NCBI RefSeq assembly: GCF_036917935.1
Contig: NZ_JBALEL010000022.1
Location: 111,460 to 175,459 of the forward strand
Length of the DNA: 64,000 nucleotides
Reading direction: 5' to 3'
Origin: Nostoc sp.
Lineage (GTDB): Bacteria > Cyanobacteriota > Cyanobacteriia > Cyanobacteriales > Nostocaceae
The notes under the pieces are model-generated. The model saw nothing but the letters and a program-made list of their open reading frames with translations, searched no databases and was not told the origin of the DNA. This document shows positions 53,903-64,000 of this stretch, piece after piece; the first letter of the stretch is position 1; the number at the start of each line of letters is the position of its first letter. Made by a program: the position numbers and the translations under genes.

Positions 53903-55225
53903 ATGTTAAGTAAATTCAAATTTAAAAACTTATCAACATTTAAATCTCGTTCTGGACTGCGTGCAATTATTGCCAATACAGGTTGGTTGTTCGCTGATCG
54001 CATTCTACGTATGGGTGCAAGCTTGGTAGTAGGAGTATGGGTAGCACGCTATTTAGGAGTACAGCAGTATGGTCTATTTAACTATGCTTTAGCTTTTGTT
54101 GCCTTATTTAGCCCAATTTTCACTCTCGGACTGGATGAGGTAGTAGTTCGCCATCTTGTTCGTCAATCATCAAACAAAGAGGAAATTTTAGGAACCACTT
54201 TTTGGCTAAAATTTCTGGGTGGAATTGCTTCTGTCTTATTAGCAGTTAGCACGATGTTTTTCTTAGGTGAGCAGGAAACACTAAAGATATGGCTAGTTGC
54301 AATTTTAGGAATAGCAGGAATTTTTAGGGCGTCTGATACTATTGAACTGTGGTTTCAATCACAGGTGCAGTCAAAATACACTGTGATTGCTAAAAATACA
54401 GCGTTTCTGCTAAATACTGTCATTAAAATCGCACTAATTTTAACAAAAGCACCATTGCTAGCTTTTGCTTTGGTAACATTAGCGGAATTTGCGATGAGTG
54501 CAATTGGCTTGTTGATTGTTTACCAAGTGAAAGGAGCTTCATTGTGGTTATGGCGTTGGAGTTTTGCGGCTGCCAAAACTCTTCTGAAAGAGAGTTTACC
54601 TCTAATTTTTTCGGGGTTCGCCATCATGATTTTTATGAGAATAGATCAGGTGATGTTAGGTCAAATGATCGGAGATAGTGAGGTAGGAGTTTATTCTGCT
54701 GCTGTGCGTATTTCTGAAATTTGGTATTTTATTCCAGGGGCTATTGTTTCTTCTGTCGCTCCTGCAATTTATGCAGCTAAGGAAAAATCAGAAAGTCTTT
54801 ACTATCAGCGAATAGGACAATTACTCAGTCTAATGACATGTATATCTTTGGCAATTGCTCTGCCAATGTCATTCTTGTCTGACAAGATAATTATGGTGAT
54901 GTTTGGAAGTGGATATGCAGAAGCAGGAGCAATATTAGCAGTTCATATTTGGACTTCTTTGTTTGTATTTATGGGTCTGGCAACATCACCTTGGTTTATT
55001 GCTGAAGGTTTGAATCACGTTTCTTTAGGTAAGACTTTATTTGGGGCGATACTAAACATTGTTCTTAATTTATTACTTATTCCTAAATATGCAGGACTAG
55101 GGGCTGCGATCGCAACAATAATATCTCAAGCGGCTGCTGCTTTTATATGCAACGCATTTGATTCAAGAACACAAAAAATATTTAAGATTCAGGTGCGATC
55201 GCTTATTCCTTTTTACAAATACTGA
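53903..55225 (+). CDS. wzx: Wzx-type flippase
   Basis: NTGWLFADRILR, ARYLGVQQYG, RIDQVML, LLIPKYAGLGAA; many TM helices. Confidence 0.92.
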   Translation: MLSKFKFKNLSTFKSRSGLRAIIANTGWLFADRILRMGASLVVGVWVARYLGVQQYGLFNYALAFVALFSPIFTLGLDEVVVRHLVRQSSNKEEILGTTFWLKFLGGIASVLLAVSTMFFLGEQETLKIWLVAILGIAGIFRASDTIELWFQSQVQSKYTVIAKNTAFLLNTVIKIALILTKAPLLAFALVTLAEFAMSAIGLLIVYQVKGASLWLWRWSFAAAKTLLKESLPLIFSGFAIMIFMRIDQVMLGQMIGDSEVGVYSAAVRISEIWYFIPGAIVSSVAPAIYAAKEKSESLYYQRIGQLLSLMTCISLAIALPMSFLSDKIIMVMFGSGYAEAGAILAVHIWTSLFVFMGLATSPWFIAEGLNHVSLGKTLFGAILNIVLNLLLIPKYAGLGAAIATIISQAAAAFICNAFDSRTQKIFKIQVRSLIPFYKY

Positions 55226-55246
55226 TCGTTGTTATTTAACCTTTAT

Positions 55247-56176
55247 ATGATGCAAACACCAGTAACTTTTATTATTTTTAAACGCCCACAAACAACAGAA
55301 AAAGTTTTTGAGGCTATTCGCCAAGCCAAGCCAAAAAAACTTTTTGTAATTGCCGATGGCCCCCGCACTGAGCGCGAAGATGAAGTAGAAAAGTGTGAAG
55401 CAACTAGGGCAATTATTGAGAGAGTTGATTGGGAATGCGAAGTTATCAAAAATTATTCTGATATCAACTTAGGTTGTGCAAAACGAGTATCGAGTGGTTT
55501 AGATTGGGTATTTAATAATGTTGAAGAGACAATTATTTTAGAAGATGATTGTATCCCTCACCCAACTTTTTTCAGGTTTAGTGAAGATCTGCTGGAAAAA
55601 TATAGAAATGACACCAGAATCGCCACAATCTCTGCTCAAAATCTTCAACTCGGACGAAAACGCACAAATTACAGTTACTATTTTTCTCGCTACAATCACT
55701 GCTGGGGTTGGGCAAGTTGGAGACGTGCTTGGCAACATTATGATTTGACCATCAAACTCTGGAAAGAGGTGCAAGCAGAAAACCTTTTACATGACATTCT
55801 CTTAGACCGAAAAGCAGTAAATTCTTGGCAACGAATATTTCAATCTGTTTATAACAATCCTACAGGTATAACCTGGGATTACCAATGGACATTTGCTTGT
55901 TGGATGCAGGGAAGCTTAAGCATTATTCCCAATGTCAATTTAATCTCTAATGTTGGTGTTGGTGCAGACGCAACTCATTTCACATCCAATCAAGAATTTT
56001 CGTTCATCAATATGTCGATGCAAGCAATGGAATTTCCCTTAAAGCATCCACCATTTATTGTTAGGAATGTAGAAGCAGATAATTTTACCCAAAAAACAGT
56101 CTATAAAGCAACTGCATTGGATATTTTTAAAGAGGAATTGAAGAAAAGATTGAATTACTCAACAATAAAAAAATAG
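55247..56176 (+). CDS. Nucleotide-diphospho-sugar transferase (GT-A fold)
   Basis: IIFKRP, IADGPR, NLGCAKRVSSGLDW, ILEDDC, CWGWASW. Confidence 0.85.
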   Translation: MMQTPVTFIIFKRPQTTEKVFEAIRQAKPKKLFVIADGPRTEREDEVEKCEATRAIIERVDWECEVIKNYSDINLGCAKRVSSGLDWVFNNVEETIILEDDCIPHPTFFRFSEDLLEKYRNDTRIATISAQNLQLGRKRTNYSYYFSRYNHCWGWASWRRAWQHYDLTIKLWKEVQAENLLHDILLDRKAVNSWQRIFQSVYNNPTGITWDYQWTFACWMQGSLSIIPNVNLISNVGVGADATHFTSNQEFSFINMSMQAMEFPLKHPPFIVRNVEADNFTQKTVYKATALDIFKEELKKRLNYSTIKK

Positions 56177-56194
56177 ATAGATTAAATTTCAGAA

Positions 56195-57424
56195 ATGAAA
56201 GTAAAATTAACAGAAAAAATATTAACTATCTTGCTATTACTCATTGCTGTAGGGGCATTAACAATACACCCTGCACAAGAAGTTTCCATGTCTACCCTTG
56301 GAGGCGATAAGCTAGATACTTTATTCAATATAGTTTCATATTTAATCCTATTTTATTTCCTAATTTCATACTGGAAAGGTTTTCTTTATGTAATTACTAG
56401 AAGTCCATTACAGTTTTTGTTACTAGCAATAGTTATATTTTCTCTTTTATGGTCAGAAGACCTAAGTTCTAGTCTTACTTATCTAAGAGGTCTAATCCGA
56501 ATATATTTTCTTGCCATCTATTTAGCAATGCGTTATTCCCTTAGAGAACAAATGAGGCTGATAGCTTGGGCGCTTGGTGTAGCTGCATCATTATCTATAC
56601 TATTTTCTGCATTCGTACCAGGTTATATTCACGAATCACCTGAATTACTAGGTATGTGGAGTGGAATTTATGGTCATAAAAATGAATTAGGTTACATGAT
56701 GGCTTGGAGTGCAGGAGTTTTTTTGCACCTTGGTCTTAGTGTACATCGATATCGCTGGTTGATGTGGACACTATGTGGGATATCTATATGTCTAATTATC
56801 CTCTCACGTTCAACAACATCTTTAACGATTCTATTGACAATGATATTACTTTTACCTTTCTATAGATCCCTGAAAAAAACTAATTATAAGTTGCAAGTTA
56901 TTATGATTACTTCAACTTTAATGTTACTGATGATCTCTTCAATATTACTTCTCAATAATGCCGAAACTGTAGTTGGTACTTCTGGCAAAGACCTTACCTT
57001 CAATGGACGCTCTGACCTCTGGGAGCTAGTGATTTCCAAGATTTTGGAAAGACCTTGGCTAGGTTATGGATTTTCGGGATTTTGGACTAGTAATGCTGCA
57101 TCTAAATTAAGAGCTACTTATGATTGGGCGAGCAATGCTCACAATGGTTTTTTAGAAATATTATTAGAATTAGGATTCTTAGGTTTTTTGACTTTTGCAG
57201 CAGGGTTTGTCCGGTTTTTTGTAATGGCATTGACTCGAATTATTTCTGTCGCTAAAAAACCGGAAGATTATTGGCCAATGCAGATGCTACTTATCATTGT
57301 CATAGTGAACTTTTCAGAAGCCAGGTTATTAACTCCTAGCTGGAATTGGTTAATGTATGTCACCACGTCATTATCTTTGACTGTTGAATATCAACGAAAT
57401 CATAAAAATATTTTAATCGATTAA
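56195..57424 (+). CDS. O-antigen ligase/Wzy polymerase family protein
   Basis: About 11 TM helices; GIYGHKNELG, GRSDLW, PWLGYG, AHNGFLE. Confidence 0.88.
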   Translation: MKVKLTEKILTILLLLIAVGALTIHPAQEVSMSTLGGDKLDTLFNIVSYLILFYFLISYWKGFLYVITRSPLQFLLLAIVIFSLLWSEDLSSSLTYLRGLIRIYFLAIYLAMRYSLREQMRLIAWALGVAASLSILFSAFVPGYIHESPELLGMWSGIYGHKNELGYMMAWSAGVFLHLGLSVHRYRWLMWTLCGISICLIILSRSTTSLTILLTMILLLPFYRSLKKTNYKLQVIMITSTLMLLMISSILLLNNAETVVGTSGKDLTFNGRSDLWELVISKILERPWLGYGFSGFWTSNAASKLRATYDWASNAHNGFLEILLELGFLGFLTFAAGFVRFFVMALTRIISVAKKPEDYWPMQMLLIIVIVNFSEARLLTPSWNWLMYVTTSLSLTVEYQRNHKNILID

Positions 57425-57472
57425 TTTTTCTGGCAGTCAGAAATAGTTTTAGTAATTAGGAGGTTAATAAAA

Positions 57473-58744
57473 ATGAAGATTTTACATATTAGTACCCATG
57501 ATATTAATGGAGGTGCAGCGAGGGCTGCATATCGGTTGCACACAGGTTTACAGGATATAGGACTACAGTCACAAATGTTAGTCCAGGAAAAATATAGTGA
57601 TGATAAAACAGTAATTGCACCTAAGATTAGACTATTTCAAGGCATCGCTAAGGCCAAGTTGACAATTGAAAGTTTACCATTAAAGCTTTATCGTCAAAAG
57701 AAAAGTACTCCATTTTTTGCTCAATGGTTGCCAGATAGAGTTATTTCTAAAGTTTCTCAGATTAATCCAGACATAATTAATTTGCATTGGATTAGCGGAG
57801 GTTTTATGCAAATAGAAACATTCCCTAAACTGAAGTATCCTCTAGTTTGGACTCTCCATGATATGTGGGGGTTTACTGGAGGATGTCACGTTACAGGAGA
57901 ATGCGATCGCTACAAAGTATCCTGCGGGGCTTGTCCTCAACTCAACAGTGGTAATGAATGGGATCTATCCCGTTGGGTATGGCAGCGGAAAGTAAAAGCT
58001 TGGAAAAATTTAAATTTAACTCTGGTTTCACCAAGTTCTTGGTTAGCACAGTGCGCTCGTTCCAGTTCTTTGTTCCAGAATTTGCGAATCGAGGTAATTC
58101 CCCACGGACTGGATACTCAAAAATATCGACCGATCAATCAACATTTTGCGCGAGAAGCACTCAATCTACCCCAAGATAAGAAGCTGATACTCTTTGGAGC
58201 GATAGAAGCAACAAGCGATAGAAATAAAGGATTTCATTTGTTGCAACCAGCTTTACAAGAATTGAGTAAATCTGGCTGGAAGGATGACTTGGAAGTTGTG
58301 ATTTTTGGAGCATCTCAACCCGAAAATCCACCTGATTTAGGCTTCAAAACCCACTATTTGGGACACTTACACGATGCTATATCTTTAGCAACTGTTTACT
58401 CAGCAGCTGATGTGATGCTTGTACCGTCTCTTCAAGAATCTTTTGGACAGACAGCTTCGGAATCATTCGCTTGTGGTACTCCAGTTGTGGCGTTTAATTC
58501 TACTGGCTTAAAAGATATTGTTGATCATCAGCAGAACGGCTATTTGGCTAAACCTTATGAAGTTGAGGATTTTGCCAAAGGAATTACCTGGGTACTTGAA
58601 AATGAACAGAGGTTGCAAAAACTATCATTTTATGCTCGCGACAAAGCCGAACAAGAATTCACTCTGGAACTTCAAGCACGTCGTTATTCAGCCTTGTTTC
58701 AGGAAATATTGATGACAGCAAAGAAATCTTCATTGAGTAATTAA
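57473..58744 (+). CDS. Glycosyltransferase family 4
   Basis: GGAARAAYRLH, WTLHDMW, PSLQESFGQTASESFACGTPVV. Confidence 0.92.
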   Translation: MKILHISTHDINGGAARAAYRLHTGLQDIGLQSQMLVQEKYSDDKTVIAPKIRLFQGIAKAKLTIESLPLKLYRQKKSTPFFAQWLPDRVISKVSQINPDIINLHWISGGFMQIETFPKLKYPLVWTLHDMWGFTGGCHVTGECDRYKVSCGACPQLNSGNEWDLSRWVWQRKVKAWKNLNLTLVSPSSWLAQCARSSSLFQNLRIEVIPHGLDTQKYRPINQHFAREALNLPQDKKLILFGAIEATSDRNKGFHLLQPALQELSKSGWKDDLEVVIFGASQPENPPDLGFKTHYLGHLHDAISLATVYSAADVMLVPSLQESFGQTASESFACGTPVVAFNSTGLKDIVDHQQNGYLAKPYEVEDFAKGITWVLENEQRLQKLSFYARDKAEQEFTLELQARRYSALFQEILMTAKKSSLSN

Positions 58745-58768
58745 CCTAGTAAATCAATACTTCATAAT

Positions 58769-59785
58769 ATGTCACTACCTATAGCTTTTATAATTTGTAC
58801 AGAACCTGGCCGTTTAGAAGGTCAATCTTTGATGCTTGCAGAAAGTATTCGTAAATTCTGCGGTGAATTGAAAAATACACCTATATATAGTTTTCATCCT
58901 AGGGTAGGTGAACCGATATTAAAGCAAACCCAACAAGCGTTTGAAGCATTGCAGGTGACTCATCAACAAATCCCGATAAATCGAGAATTTCATGAATATT
59001 ATTTAGCCAATAAACCCTTAGTTTGTGCCTATGCAGAACAAAATATCGATGCAGAAATATTGGTTTTTTTAGACAGTGACAAATGCTTTTTTTCTGAACC
59101 AAAAGAATTTTTATTGCCAGTAGATTGTAATGTACGGATACGTCCTGAGTATGGTCAAGGAATTGGTTCTACAGGTCTGCAAGACCCTCAAGAATGGTAT
59201 TGGCAAAAACTATATGAAGTACTGGGAGTAAAGCGTGAGGTATTTGTTGACACACCAATTGGTAATAAAAGAATCAGAGCCTACTGGAATTCTGGTTTGG
59301 TTGCTGTGAGAAGAAGTGCGGGTATATTTACAGCTTGGAAAGAGAACTTTGAAAAAGTAATGCGCCTGGATATTACTCCTCCCCAGGGTATTTATTTTGT
59401 TGAGCAGTCTGTTTTGTCTGTAACTTTATGTGCCTTGGAAGAGAATATCGAACATCTTCCTCCTAATTATAGTTATCCATTACCTTTACATAACCGTTTA
59501 TCAACAGGAATACAAATTAAACATTGGGATGATATTATATCCATTCATTATTTCAACTTATTTTTCTATAACGATTGGAATGCACAAATAAAAAGATTGC
59601 AAAAATTCAATATAAATTCAGATAAATATCGATGGTTATGTCAAGAGGTTGTCAGACTTAATATGCCTCGCGTATCAGTTTGGCATCGATATGTGTTGGT
59701 GGTCAGAAGAATGGAACAAAAACTAAAAAACTTTAATTTAGATATTAATCTCAGTGGCTGGATAGAAAAGATGGTTAAATTTTAA
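58769..59785 (+). CDS. Hypothetical protein, probable GT-A (GT8-like) transferase
   Basis: NKPLVC, VFLDSD, YWNSGLV and EQ motifs resemble the GT8-type DxD and FNSG pattern. Confidence 0.55.
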   Translation: MSLPIAFIICTEPGRLEGQSLMLAESIRKFCGELKNTPIYSFHPRVGEPILKQTQQAFEALQVTHQQIPINREFHEYYLANKPLVCAYAEQNIDAEILVFLDSDKCFFSEPKEFLLPVDCNVRIRPEYGQGIGSTGLQDPQEWYWQKLYEVLGVKREVFVDTPIGNKRIRAYWNSGLVAVRRSAGIFTAWKENFEKVMRLDITPPQGIYFVEQSVLSVTLCALEENIEHLPPNYSYPLPLHNRLSTGIQIKHWDDIISIHYFNLFFYNDWNAQIKRLQKFNINSDKYRWLCQEVVRLNMPRVSVWHRYVLVVRRMEQKLKNFNLDINLSGWIEKMVKF

Positions 59786-59918
59786 ACTTACCTAAAAATA
59801 TACGGAAGGGAAAAATTTGATGTTTGGATTATGAAGGTAAATTTGTAAATATTGCATAAAAGTGCATTATTTATATGATTGTTTTTGTCGATAGTAGATA
59901 TTATATGGGGTAAATGAA

Positions 59919-60812
59919 ATGAAGCAAGCAAATCTAGCTGTAATTATGACATGTTATAACAGGCGGAATACAACTCTTGCCTGCCTAAATTCTTTATATC
60001 AGCAAAAAAATCATTGTGATGTTTATTTAACTGATGATGGGAGTTCTGATGGGACTACAGAGGCTGTTAAAGCAGAATATCCAGAAGTACAAATTCTTCA
60101 GGGGAATGGCAATTTATTTTGGGTGGGAGGAATGCATCTCGCCTTTGGTGAGGCGATAAAATATCAATATGATTATTATCTGTGGTTGAATGATGACACC
60201 TTTCTAGAAGCCAATGCTGTGAGTAAACTATTGCAGGTTCATCAAAATTTGACGGAACTTGGTTATCCAGACTCAATTATAGTTGGTTCAACTAAAGACT
60301 CAATTACAGGAAGAGCAACTTATGGAGGAGCAGTAAAATCTAAAAAGTGGTATTCTAATAAGTTTGAATTTTTAGAACCAAATTCGGTTATCCAAAAATG
60401 CGATGCTATGTATGGTAACTGCGTGCTAATTCCTAAAAGTGTTACCGCCAAAGTTGGCAATATCGATACAGCTTTTGTTCACAGTTTAGGAGATTTAGAT
60501 TATGCCCTGAGAGCGCGGAAATTGGGTTTTCAAATATGGGTAGCTCCTGGATATATTGGTACTTGTACTAAAAATTCTATCCGCAATAGTTGGGCAGATA
60601 CCAATTTAAATATATTAGAACGCTTGAAAAAGATACTACAAATTAAAGGATTCCCATTGAAATCCTGGACTATATTTTGTAGCAGACATTCTGGGCCATT
60701 CTGGATATTTTACTGGTTATTACCCTATATCAGAGCAATTATTGGTTACAAGGATTTAGCAACTTCTCCCACATTTGCTGAGGATATTAATCAAACTAAC
60801 TCAGAAATTTAG
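59919..60812 (+). CDS. Glycosyltransferase family 2
   Basis: DDGSSDGT, WLNDD, GNCVLIP, GDLDYALRA. Confidence 0.9.
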   Translation: MKQANLAVIMTCYNRRNTTLACLNSLYQQKNHCDVYLTDDGSSDGTTEAVKAEYPEVQILQGNGNLFWVGGMHLAFGEAIKYQYDYYLWLNDDTFLEANAVSKLLQVHQNLTELGYPDSIIVGSTKDSITGRATYGGAVKSKKWYSNKFEFLEPNSVIQKCDAMYGNCVLIPKSVTAKVGNIDTAFVHSLGDLDYALRARKLGFQIWVAPGYIGTCTKNSIRNSWADTNLNILERLKKILQIKGFPLKSWTIFCSRHSGPFWIFYWLLPYIRAIIGYKDLATSPTFAEDINQTNSEI

Positions 60813-60917
60813 TACTTGCACGAAAGTCATTAGTCAATAATACTTGGATAAGTTATAAATATCTTAACAAGTGGACAAATGTAGTTTTAAATTATAAACA
60901 TAGTTAGCAATCATTTT

Positions 60918-62069
60918 ATGGGTAAACGCTTACTAATTGTCTCAACACTCGATTCTAGTCAACCATTTGGTGCATTTACTAGACCTTTTTATTTAGGACA
61001 ATATCTTACTAAATATTTTGATGTTTTTCAGCTAGGTTTAGATTGTTCGTCTGTTAATTATGCACCTTCTTTTTCTATTGGTTCAAGAAGCTTGAAGTCA
61101 TATATTCAAGCTATAGAAAAGTGCATCGACGAGTTTTGTCCTGATATTGTGTATGCTCAAGAAACATTACCTGGATTGGCTGCTTTAGTTTCACTAAAGC
61201 TTAGGAAACACAGTAGTTCCTCTCTTGTATTGGATTTTCATACATTTTCGCCTTATGAATACTGGATGCGCTTGTTTTCAGTTGCCAATCCTTTCAAGGA
61301 GTTTGCACAATGTATTAAGACATATATTGCTCAAGGAATTTTAATATTCTCTGGTAGTCCAATTATTGCAGCAGGTGAATCAATTCCTAAACTAATTTCC
61401 CAATGGTATGGTAAAACTCCACAGCAAATTTATTCCATCGGGAATGGAGTGACTGAAGACTTACTCAATACTGAACTTTTTCCCGAAAAAGACCCCTATC
61501 AAGCATTCAAACCAGCTAAAATAGTGGTTGTTATTGCTCCCAAAACATTTCAATTTCCAACTAATGATATGTCTGTATCAATGGCTATTGAGGTTGCTAA
61601 ATCCCTTGAAAGTCATCAAGAAAAGCTACATTTTGTTGTCATTGGTAGGGATAGTAGTGAGATTTCAGAAGCAATACCTTCTAACATTTCTTTTTTAGGA
61701 TTTTTACCTAAAAGAGAAGATTTTATTGCCCATCTGAAATATGCAGATATTGCTTTGCTGCCATTCTCAAAACAAGCAGTAGCAGGTGGCGCTCGCAATA
61801 AAGCATTAGATTATTTCGCTAGTAGAAAGTTAGTTGTATCAACACCAGAAGGCTTGCGAGGTTTAGAAGAATTTCGCCACTTAGAACATCTGTTAGTCAC
61901 AGGATACTCTAGCGAAGAAGTCGCTAACACAGTGCTGGATGCTGCTTCAAATATTGATAAATATCAATCACTTGTAGATACAGCATATACCTTAATTACA
62001 GAAAAGTATTCCTGGAATGCAAGAGCACATAATATCGCGGAAATACTCATGAAGACAAGCGCTTTTTAG
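60918..62069 (+). CDS. Glycosyltransferase family 4
   Basis: GNGV, FLGFLP, RNKALDYFA (K-x-x-E/D-Y pattern); GT-B architecture. Confidence 0.8.
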   Translation: MGKRLLIVSTLDSSQPFGAFTRPFYLGQYLTKYFDVFQLGLDCSSVNYAPSFSIGSRSLKSYIQAIEKCIDEFCPDIVYAQETLPGLAALVSLKLRKHSSSSLVLDFHTFSPYEYWMRLFSVANPFKEFAQCIKTYIAQGILIFSGSPIIAAGESIPKLISQWYGKTPQQIYSIGNGVTEDLLNTELFPEKDPYQAFKPAKIVVVIAPKTFQFPTNDMSVSMAIEVAKSLESHQEKLHFVVIGRDSSEISEAIPSNISFLGFLPKREDFIAHLKYADIALLPFSKQAVAGGARNKALDYFASRKLVVSTPEGLRGLEEFRHLEHLLVTGYSSEEVANTVLDAASNIDKYQSLVDTAYTLITEKYSWNARAHNIAEILMKTSAF

Positions 62070-62216
62070 TTATATCTAGATAACAACTTTTAACTAAAAA
62101 AACCTAGCTTTTTTAAATATTTCAATACTTCAGCATTGAAATATTGTTAAGTAATTTTACAACACTCACCTTTACCTTGAGATAACATCTCATATTTATC
62201 AAAAGAAAAACAAGAT

Positions 62217-63068
62217 ATGAAAAAGCTATTTTCTTATAAACTTATTGGCGCTCAAGTGGATGCACTCTCTATCCTCGACTTAAATTTATTGATTGAAGAA
62301 TCCATTGATAAGGATGAGAAATGGATTATTGCTAATCACAACTTACATAGTCTTTATCTCTTCCATAATGATCTAAAAATGCAAGCTTTTTATGCCAAGG
62401 CAGAATATACCCATATTGATAGTATGCCTCTAGTGTTTCTTGGAAAGCTGTTGGGTTTACCAATTCAACGGGAACAAAGAGTAACCTATGCTGACTGGGT
62501 ATGGCCTCTGATGGCAGAAGCTGCTGATAAAGGCTGGCGTGTATTCTATTTAGGTTCAAAGCCCGGAGTTGCTGAAAAAGCAGCAAGTATTTTATGCCAG
62601 AGATTTCCTGGTTTACAGATTGCTTGCGCTCATGGCTACATTGATATGGATAAAGATAGTCAAGAAAATCTCGCCACTGTGGCTGCAATTAATGCTTACA
62701 AACCCCATGTATTAATGGTGGGGATGGGTATGCCGCGCCAAGAGTATTGGATTTACGAAAATCTTGAACATATTCATACCAACACTATTTTGACTACTGG
62801 AGCCTGTATGGACTATGTAGCAGGAGCAATACCTACTCCTCCTCGCTGGATGGGAAAGGTGGGGTTGGAATGGTTGTATCGCTTGTTATCTGAACCGAAA
62901 AGACTTTGGAGACGTTACTTACTTGAACCTTGGTTTGTTGGCACATTATTTATACGAGAAATTTGGAGTATCTCAAGTCAACAAAAAAAAAGTAACCTGC
63001 TGGTATTTCTAAGTACGAAATTTCACAAGTTCGTAGCGTTATCGAGTCTCTCAAAGCCTTACCACTAG
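62217..63068 (+). CDS. WecB/TagA/CpsF family glycosyltransferase
   Basis: DSMPLV, RVTYADW, VGMGMPRQE, GLEWLYRLLSEPKRLWRRY. Confidence 0.92.
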   Translation: MKKLFSYKLIGAQVDALSILDLNLLIEESIDKDEKWIIANHNLHSLYLFHNDLKMQAFYAKAEYTHIDSMPLVFLGKLLGLPIQREQRVTYADWVWPLMAEAADKGWRVFYLGSKPGVAEKAASILCQRFPGLQIACAHGYIDMDKDSQENLATVAAINAYKPHVLMVGMGMPRQEYWIYENLEHIHTNTILTTGACMDYVAGAIPTPPRWMGKVGLEWLYRLLSEPKRLWRRYLLEPWFVGTLFIREIWSISSQQKKSNLLVFLSTKFHKFVALSSLSKPYH

Positions 63069-63231
63069 GTTGCTCAATTCGTCACGAATTTATGAAATGT
63101 TGTACTAAGGTTTAATGATTAATTAGTCAGTACGTCTTGTTCAACTTTCATAATCGTGAATAGCGAGAAATCTCTGCACCTACTTTGCTTAGACTAATGC
63201 TTAAAAGTGCTATTTACGCCTGGATGGAGTA

Positions 63232-63999
63232 TTAAGTTGCTTGCTGAAAAGCCTGGGCAATAGCATTGCAAGCAGGTTTAGGTTGTAGGTTTTCATCGAA
63301 GGGAAGCGGACGTAGAAATTTCCAGAGACTTGGATTGTTTCTAAAGGTTTTTCTTGGCATCCATCTGGGATGACGTATCCAGGTATGACGGTCGGTAAGT
63401 CCCCATGTAATCACAGTATCGACTTTAGCCGCAAAGCACAGGTCAAGATATCGCTTGTAACTGTCGGCTACCATCTGGTCTAGCTTTTTGATACTATCGG
63501 GTAGTGGAGTATCAATGATAATATCCAATTCCGTGATTATTGGTTTAACTTCAAGATCATTAAGCCGTTTTAAGACGGAATTAAATCCTTTTTCGTCAAA
63601 ACCGTAGGCAGTAGAAAACCATAGATGTGACTGGATACCTGCCCCGTCAATTTTAACGCCACTATTCTTCAGATATTCGACCATTTTTAAGAAACGGTCT
63701 GATTTCCACGTGGCGCCTTCGATGCCAAAATCGTTTAGGTAAAATTTCTTGTTCTTATCAACTGAAGCGGCAATTAAAAACAAGTCTCGAATCAATTCTG
63801 GTTTTACGCCTTTACGCAAACCATAGGTAGCATTGTCAGTTTCATTTTCACTATCAGCGATAATTTCATTGGCAATATCCCAAGACTTTAAAACAGGGCT
63901 ATTGCGATAATGCCCCATGACTCCTTTAACATGGCGTTCGATCATCTGAAGTGTGGGGGGGTAAGGAACCCAGTCTGGTTTTCCCATGTGCCAGAAAAG
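63232..63999 (-). CDS. GH10 endo-1,4-beta-xylanase-like glycoside hydrolase (5' end lies outside the window)
   Basis: LFWH at the window edge, WDIANE acid/base, YLND, GIQSH, ITELD nucleophile, TWGLTD. Confidence 0.88.
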   Translation of the reverse strand, partial: LFWHMGKPDWVPYPPTLQMIERHVKGVMGHYRNSPVLKSWDIANEIIADSENETDNATYGLRKGVKPELIRDLFLIAASVDKNKKFYLNDFGIEGATWKSDRFLKMVEYLKNSGVKIDGAGIQSHLWFSTAYGFDEKGFNSVLKRLNDLEVKPIITELDIIIDTPLPDSIKKLDQMVADSYKRYLDLCFAAKVDTVITWGLTDRHTWIRHPRWMPRKTFRNNPSLWKFLRPLPFDENLQPKPACNAIAQAFQQAT

Positions 64000-64000
64000 G

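Overview
A 64-kb chromosomal segment from a filamentous, heterocyst-forming cyanobacterium of Nostoc type. The assignment rests on frequent HIP1 GCGATCGC sites, STRR heptamer tandem repeats, small dispersed repeats, xisI and a four-linker ApcE. Core genes include an MsbA-like ABC transporter, selO, bioB, the apcEABC phycobilisome-core cluster, ftsW, an Omp85/BamA protein, three two-component genes, a TpsB secretion pore, lpdA, trpC, a beta-carbonic anhydrase, SUI1 and a group-2 sigma factor. A Wzx/Wzy-type polysaccharide cluster (about 50.5-63 kb) faces a GH10 glycoside hydrolase. I found no tRNA, rRNA, CRISPR array or autonomous transposase. The most interesting signals are five. (1) A pentapeptide-repeat gene lies wholly antisense inside a second long reading frame, and one extra base at about 3341 breaks both frames. 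(2) Two paralogous genes with triple Ig-like (NEW3-like) modules, a transmembrane helix and a WD40 or beta-sandwich tail resemble the crown/anchor of the thylakoid-anchored contractile injection system, with no other CIS genes in view. (3) A decayed mosaic (xisH 3' remnant | MITE | 5'-truncated vWA | 3'-truncated PP2C | HicB fragment) has sharp deletion junctions. (4) A 21-nt element sits in frame in a HIP1 site of selO. (5) An EVE/PUA-like gene between apcC and ftsW is bracketed by duplicated hairpins. Intergenic DNA is rich in nested MITE, REP-like and SDR elements. All protein family calls are motif recognition by eye, not database searches.
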